DNA from: an uncultured Gemmataceae bacterium | GTDB taxonomy: Bacteria > Planctomycetota > Planctomycetia > Gemmatales > Gemmataceae | Direction of reading: 5' to 3' | NCBI GenBank assembly: GCA_963750165.1 | Contig: CAVVPN010000010.1 | Span: forward strand, 64,001-128,000 | DNA length: 64,000 bases | In this document: positions 57,940-64,000 of the stretch, in pieces | Numbering within the stretch: position 1 is the first letter of the stretch | How the letters are laid out: each line of letters begins with the position of its first letter | Translations under genes and position numbers: made by a program | Notes under the pieces: generated by a model | Seen by the model: only the letters and a program-made list of their open reading frames with translations | Told to the model about the DNA's origin: nothing | Database searches by the model: none

Positions 57940-58036
57940 CCTTGGGACTGATACGGGAGCGCCCTGGCGGTTCCTGTCTGAGCCCGAAGCGCAAGCGCGG
58001 GACAACAAGAAAATGCCAGGCGACTCGGTATGAGGG

Positions 58037-60646
58037 ATGCTCATGGTTTCGTGCCGACTGTTGGACCTCGGAGCCGTGACCATCCTGCTGGCGCTGGCGT
58101 CAGTGCCGCTGCTGGTGCTGCGCGGCAGCCCGCTGCTGGGCCAACCCGAAGTCCTGGCGATCCTGTTCGCGTTGCCGGTTGGCCTGGTGGTGCTGTGGTC
58201 GGTCCTGGCCCGGCGCTTCCCGGAGTCGCCACCCTCAGACGTGTTGCCTTCCCCTGAGGAAACGAGCGGGGCCTTGCCGTGGTGGCGGACGGCGCTGGTG
58301 GCGGTGCTGCTGGGGGTGCTGACCCTGGTGTGCTTCTACTATCCCCTCCGCATCCACTTCTGGGGCGGGGCCGATGACTTTATCAATTTCCTCCCCTCCC
58401 CCCCACTCCAGTGGTTTCAGCACTCCGACCACTTCAACGGCCGCCCGCTGACGATGTTACCGTGTGTGGTGGGGCGACTGCTGACGCCGGGGCGGATCGA
58501 GGGGTTTTTGTGGCTGGGGGCGGCGTTGTGCTGGGCCAACGGCCTGCTGCTCTACGGCCTGCTGCGCGAACTGCGGCCGAAGATGCCGTTGCTGGCCGTG
58601 GTTGCCGCCGCCCTGCTGGTGACCGACCGATCCGACCAGTCGCGCTTCTACGTGCTCTGGACCAGCAACTTCTACTGGGTGGCCCTGGCCCTGCTGCAAC
58701 TCGGCCTGCTGCTGTTCCTGGTTGCCTGTCGCCGCCGCTCGCGGCCGCTGCTGGCCCTGGCCTGCCTGTCCCTGGTCGCCTCGCTACTGGTCAACGAAGC
58801 TGGCCTGCCACTAACCCTGCTCGCCCCGGCCCTGGCATGGTTCGGCCGTGGCCGACGGGAGTTGTCGCCACCCTGGGCGCTGGCCTGGCTGGGAACGGTT
58901 GGACTGCTCGGGCTGCGGGTGCTGATGTTCCTGGTCGGGCACGGGGCCGACGCCTACCAGGCCCAGCAATACGCCGTGGCCCGGGACGAGCCCAGGGCAC
59001 TGATTGCCAACCTCGGCCTGCACCTCTCAGCCAGTCTCACCTGCTTCCAGAGTTCTGGGGCGGCGACCCTGTACTGGCGCCCGGCCGCCATCACCCTGGC
59101 GATTGCCACGGTACTGGCCATCCTCGGCGGCTGGCGGTTGGCCGGCCGGTCGCAGCGCCGCCAGTACCTGGTGGTCGCGGGCGTGGCGGCCATCGCGCTG
59201 TTGCTGGGCTCGGCTCCGTTCCTGACCATGTCGCACCTGTTCCGCACACAATTCTACTCCGCCCCGGGGTGGGCAGTGCTGCTGGCCGCCGCCTTCTGCC
59301 TGGCCGGCAGCTGGCTAGGCCGTCGGGTCGGTACGGCGGCAGTGGCGGTTGCGGTCGGCCTGCTGACCGCCAACGCTACCGCCGAGTCCTTTGCCGTCCA
59401 GGAGGTTCGCCACCTGTTACTGCCGTACAACTTCGAGCGCACCGTCCGCGTCTTCCGCCAGATTCACGCGGTCTGCCCCAACCCCCCGCCCCATACCCTG
59501 GTCCTGCTCTTTCTCGACGAGCCCGAGCGGCCGCCGTTCCTGTGCAACTACTGCTGTATGAAACTCGGGCAGCACCTGCTTGGCTTGCCCCTGGTCCAGG
59601 CCAACTGCCCGGGACACGACCGGCTGGTCCCGGAGTTTGGCCCGTACTCGGTTAAACTGAATGACGGTCCCATTTACGATCTCCCCAGCGAACTTGGCTA
59701 CGATCAGGTGCTCGCCTTCCGTCTGCGTGCGGACGACACGATCCTTCTGCTGGACCGGCTCCCGGACAGGTTTCTTCCGCCGCACAACTGGGCGTACCGC
59801 TACGACCCGTTGACCCTGCTCCGCCCCGGGCCGGTCAAGGAACTGGCGTACCTCCGCCACACGAGTTGGTCCCGGGAGTCCGGCGACCTGTTCTCCATGA
59901 CGGATGGTGTCCTGCTTGGCCGGGGCTGGGGACCGCTGGAGGTGTACCAGGGAGCATTGACCCGTCAGGCCGCCGGAGAGGCTGAGTTGTTCGTCAACGG
60001 ATTCGGCCAGCGCCAGCGTACCCTGTGCCTGACCGTGGAGGCCGGCCCGTCCGGGTATCTGGAGGCTCTGGACGCCGAGGGCAAGTGTGTGGCCTCCGTG
60101 CCGGTCGCGGGGCGCCAGGAGGTCCGGCTAAACATCCCGACCGACCCCGAGAGGGTCACTCCGATCCGTTTGTGCGTCGCCCAGGAGAGTCAGACGGTCC
60201 CGACCTTCCGGGCATTCTGTCCAGCGAGCCCCGGCCGAGGAGACTGGTTGTTGCCGGCTCAGGACGTGGTCGTCGGCGACCTGAAACTCGGGGCCAACTG
60301 GGGCCAGCTGGAATGCCACCGGGGACAGCTCTTTCGCTGGGTGACGAACGACGCCGAGTTGGTCCTGGGCGCCGACCGGGAGGGCCCGGGAGACCTTCTC
60401 CTGGATCTGGCACCCGGGCCGGGACTCGGGGGGCAACCATGTTGCCTGGAACTCCGAGACCGGGACGACCGAGTGCTGGCGACGGTGTGCGTCACTAATC
60501 GGGAAGGTGTCCGCCTGGCGGTCCCCGCAGGGGCCCGCGCCGGCACCGTGCTGCACCTGCACGTCGAGGGCGGGGGCCATCCGATCGTCGGGGATTCGCG
60601 AATTTTGAACTTTTGCATTCATCGCTGCTGCTGGAGTGCCGATTGA
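58037..60646 (+). CDS. Multi-pass membrane protein (GT-C-like) with C-terminal repeated beta domains
   Basis: 10 or more TMs, DDF and GRPL motifs; LGRGWGPLE / LGANWGQLE repeats. Confidence 0.7.
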   Translation: MLMVSCRLLDLGAVTILLALASVPLLVLRGSPLLGQPEVLAILFALPVGLVVLWSVLARRFPESPPSDVLPSPEETSGALPWWRTALVAVLLGVLTLVCFYYPLRIHFWGGADDFINFLPSPPLQWFQHSDHFNGRPLTMLPCVVGRLLTPGRIEGFLWLGAALCWANGLLLYGLLRELRPKMPLLAVVAAALLVTDRSDQSRFYVLWTSNFYWVALALLQLGLLLFLVACRRRSRPLLALACLSLVASLLVNEAGLPLTLLAPALAWFGRGRRELSPPWALAWLGTVGLLGLRVLMFLVGHGADAYQAQQYAVARDEPRALIANLGLHLSASLTCFQSSGAATLYWRPAAITLAIATVLAILGGWRLAGRSQRRQYLVVAGVAAIALLLGSAPFLTMSHLFRTQFYSAPGWAVLLAAAFCLAGSWLGRRVGTAAVAVAVGLLTANATAESFAVQEVRHLLLPYNFERTVRVFRQIHAVCPNPPPHTLVLLFLDEPERPPFLCNYCCMKLGQHLLGLPLVQANCPGHDRLVPEFGPYSVKLNDGPIYDLPSELGYDQVLAFRLRADDTILLLDRLPDRFLPPHNWAYRYDPLTLLRPGPVKELAYLRHTSWSRESGDLFSMTDGVLLGRGWGPLEVYQGALTRQAAGEAELFVNGFGQRQRTLCLTVEAGPSGYLEALDAEGKCVASVPVAGRQEVRLNIPTDPERVTPIRLCVAQESQTVPTFRAFCPASPGRGDWLLPAQDVVVGDLKLGANWGQLECHRGQLFRWVTNDAELVLGADREGPGDLLLDLAPGPGLGGQPCCLELRDRDDRVLATVCVTNREGVRLAVPAGARAGTVLHLHVEGGGHPIVGDSRILNFCIHRCCWSAD

Positions 60647-60936
60647 GATACTGAGCAGATGCCCCGCTCGACCGCGACGGCCGGCGCGGGCGGAAAACTC
60701 CCCGAGTCCTGAGACCTGATGGAAAAGGCCCCACAGACACTTGGCCGACAGGGTTGGGGAGAAAGGGTAGGCTGTAAGTTCGTCTGGACATTACCCCACC
60801 TTACCTTTATAAGCACATCCGCTTCGGAGGCTGCCCAGTTCGTGGCCTTCTAGGCGCGGGGTAGGCACCCACGGCCGCCGAACCGAGTCGGGGCGAACCG
60901 GGACGGCTGGGCCGCACGGAAAGGAGTTCGTGAAGC

Positions 60937-62861
<1,925 letters not shown>

Positions 62862-62919
62862 CCGAGAGGTTCGGGGGCACGGAAACCCCCGAGGGATCGA
62901 ACACAGGGAGAGAAGAGGC

Positions 62920-64000
62920 ATGGGCATTCACGAGGGCGATGCGGTGCGGTCGTGCTGGTGCGGCAACTCCTCGCTCGCGGCCTTCTCGCCGGAGTACGCC
63001 GCCTGTGCGGAGTGTGGCACCCTGGTTTCCCGGGAGGAAAAGAAGGGGCACGGCCCCGGCACCCCGGACCTCCCGGCGCGAGCGCGGCACGATCTGCCGG
63101 AGCGCTGCGTCCACTGGCTGCGGGCCCTGTTGACCTACCGCCTGCCTCCCGCCTCAGTTCTTGAACTGGGTTGCAGCCACGGCGGACTCGTGACCCTGGC
63201 GCGGCAGGCGGGCTACCACGCCACGGGCCTGGAACTCGACGCCGCGGCCGCCGACTTCGCCCGGCAGACTTTCCAGGTGCCCGTCCTGCTGGGTCCGCTG
63301 GAGGCACAGGAGTTACCCGCTGGCTCCCTGGATGTGATCGTCCTGAATGACGTGCTGGGCCGCCTGTCCGACCCGGTAGCCACTCTGGAGTGTTGCGTCC
63401 GACTCCTCCGGGACGACGGCCTGCTGCTCGTGCAGGCGCCCGACTATCCCAAGGGCAAGACCCACGCCGAATTGGTCGCGGGCAGTGAGTCCACCCTGGT
63501 CTACGTCAACGGCAAGGCCGGCGCCTACCGCTACCTGTTCAGCCAGTGTGCGGTGCGGCGCCTGTTCGAGCGCCTGGGCTTCGGCCACCTGTCTTTTGAA
63601 CGGCCGGTCCACCCGTACGACCTGTTCGCGGTGGTCAGCCGGCGGCCCCTCGTCCGACACTCGGACGAGCAGGTCAACGCCCGCCTGATGGCTGGCCCGC
63701 AAGGACGCCTGGTGCGGGCCCTGTTCGACCTCCAGGGGCTGTGGCGCGCCGCCGAGGATGACCGAGCTGTCCGCCTGGACACGATCACCCGCCTGAGCCA
63801 ACAAGTGGCTTCCGGGGACGCGGAGCGGGCGGCACTGCAGACGGCCAACGCCGGCCTCCGCCAGAAACTCGAGGCCAGTGAGGCGGACCGGGTTGCGCGC
63901 CTGGACACCATCCACCGTCTCAACGTCCAGCTGACCGTGACTCAGGGAGAGTTGACTTCCATTCGGGAAATGATCGGCCTGGTCAACCTGGAGGCCCTCG
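62920..64000 (+). CDS. Class I SAM methyltransferase with coiled-coil tail (runs off window)
   Basis: Open frame from ATG 62920: CWC..CAECG, VLELGCSHG, DVIVLNDVL, then EADRVARLDTI repeats. Confidence 0.8.
   Translation, partial: MGIHEGDAVRSCWCGNSSLAAFSPEYAACAECGTLVSREEKKGHGPGTPDLPARARHDLPERCVHWLRALLTYRLPPASVLELGCSHGGLVTLARQAGYHATGLELDAAAADFARQTFQVPVLLGPLEAQELPAGSLDVIVLNDVLGRLSDPVATLECCVRLLRDDGLLLVQAPDYPKGKTHAELVAGSESTLVYVNGKAGAYRYLFSQCAVRRLFERLGFGHLSFERPVHPYDLFAVVSRRPLVRHSDEQVNARLMAGPQGRLVRALFDLQGLWRAAEDDRAVRLDTITRLSQQVASGDAERAALQTANAGLRQKLEASEADRVARLDTIHRLNVQLTVTQGELTSIREMIGLVNLEAL

Overview
GC-rich bacterial DNA whose gene content (DUF1501, PPC-domain protein, PQQ-like propeller, FGE-family protein, zinc-ribbon proteins, Tad cluster) points to Planctomycetota, probably Gemmataceae-like (inference). 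About 60 CDS were read by eye. Roughly 10 carry single frameshifts, which look more like long-read indel errors than true pseudogenes. The standout is a compact minus-strand array of 18 CCA-less, partly non-canonical tRNA genes (24561-26125). Upstream of it lie an ECF-type promoter, a 33-aa leader ORF and mutually exclusive terminator/antiterminator hairpins, which together resemble a ribosome-sensing attenuator. The leader uses all 12 amino acids served by the array, plus one Asn, and none of the other seven. Other accessory items: a hidden toxin/immunity-like pair with an in-frame stop, a small protein + TIR pair, an orphan TadE/TadE/TadG cluster, at least 7 REP-like palindrome families, and the start of a methyltransferase-rich surface-glycan locus (52.7-64 kb). 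All calls are manual. No database searches or folding programs were run.
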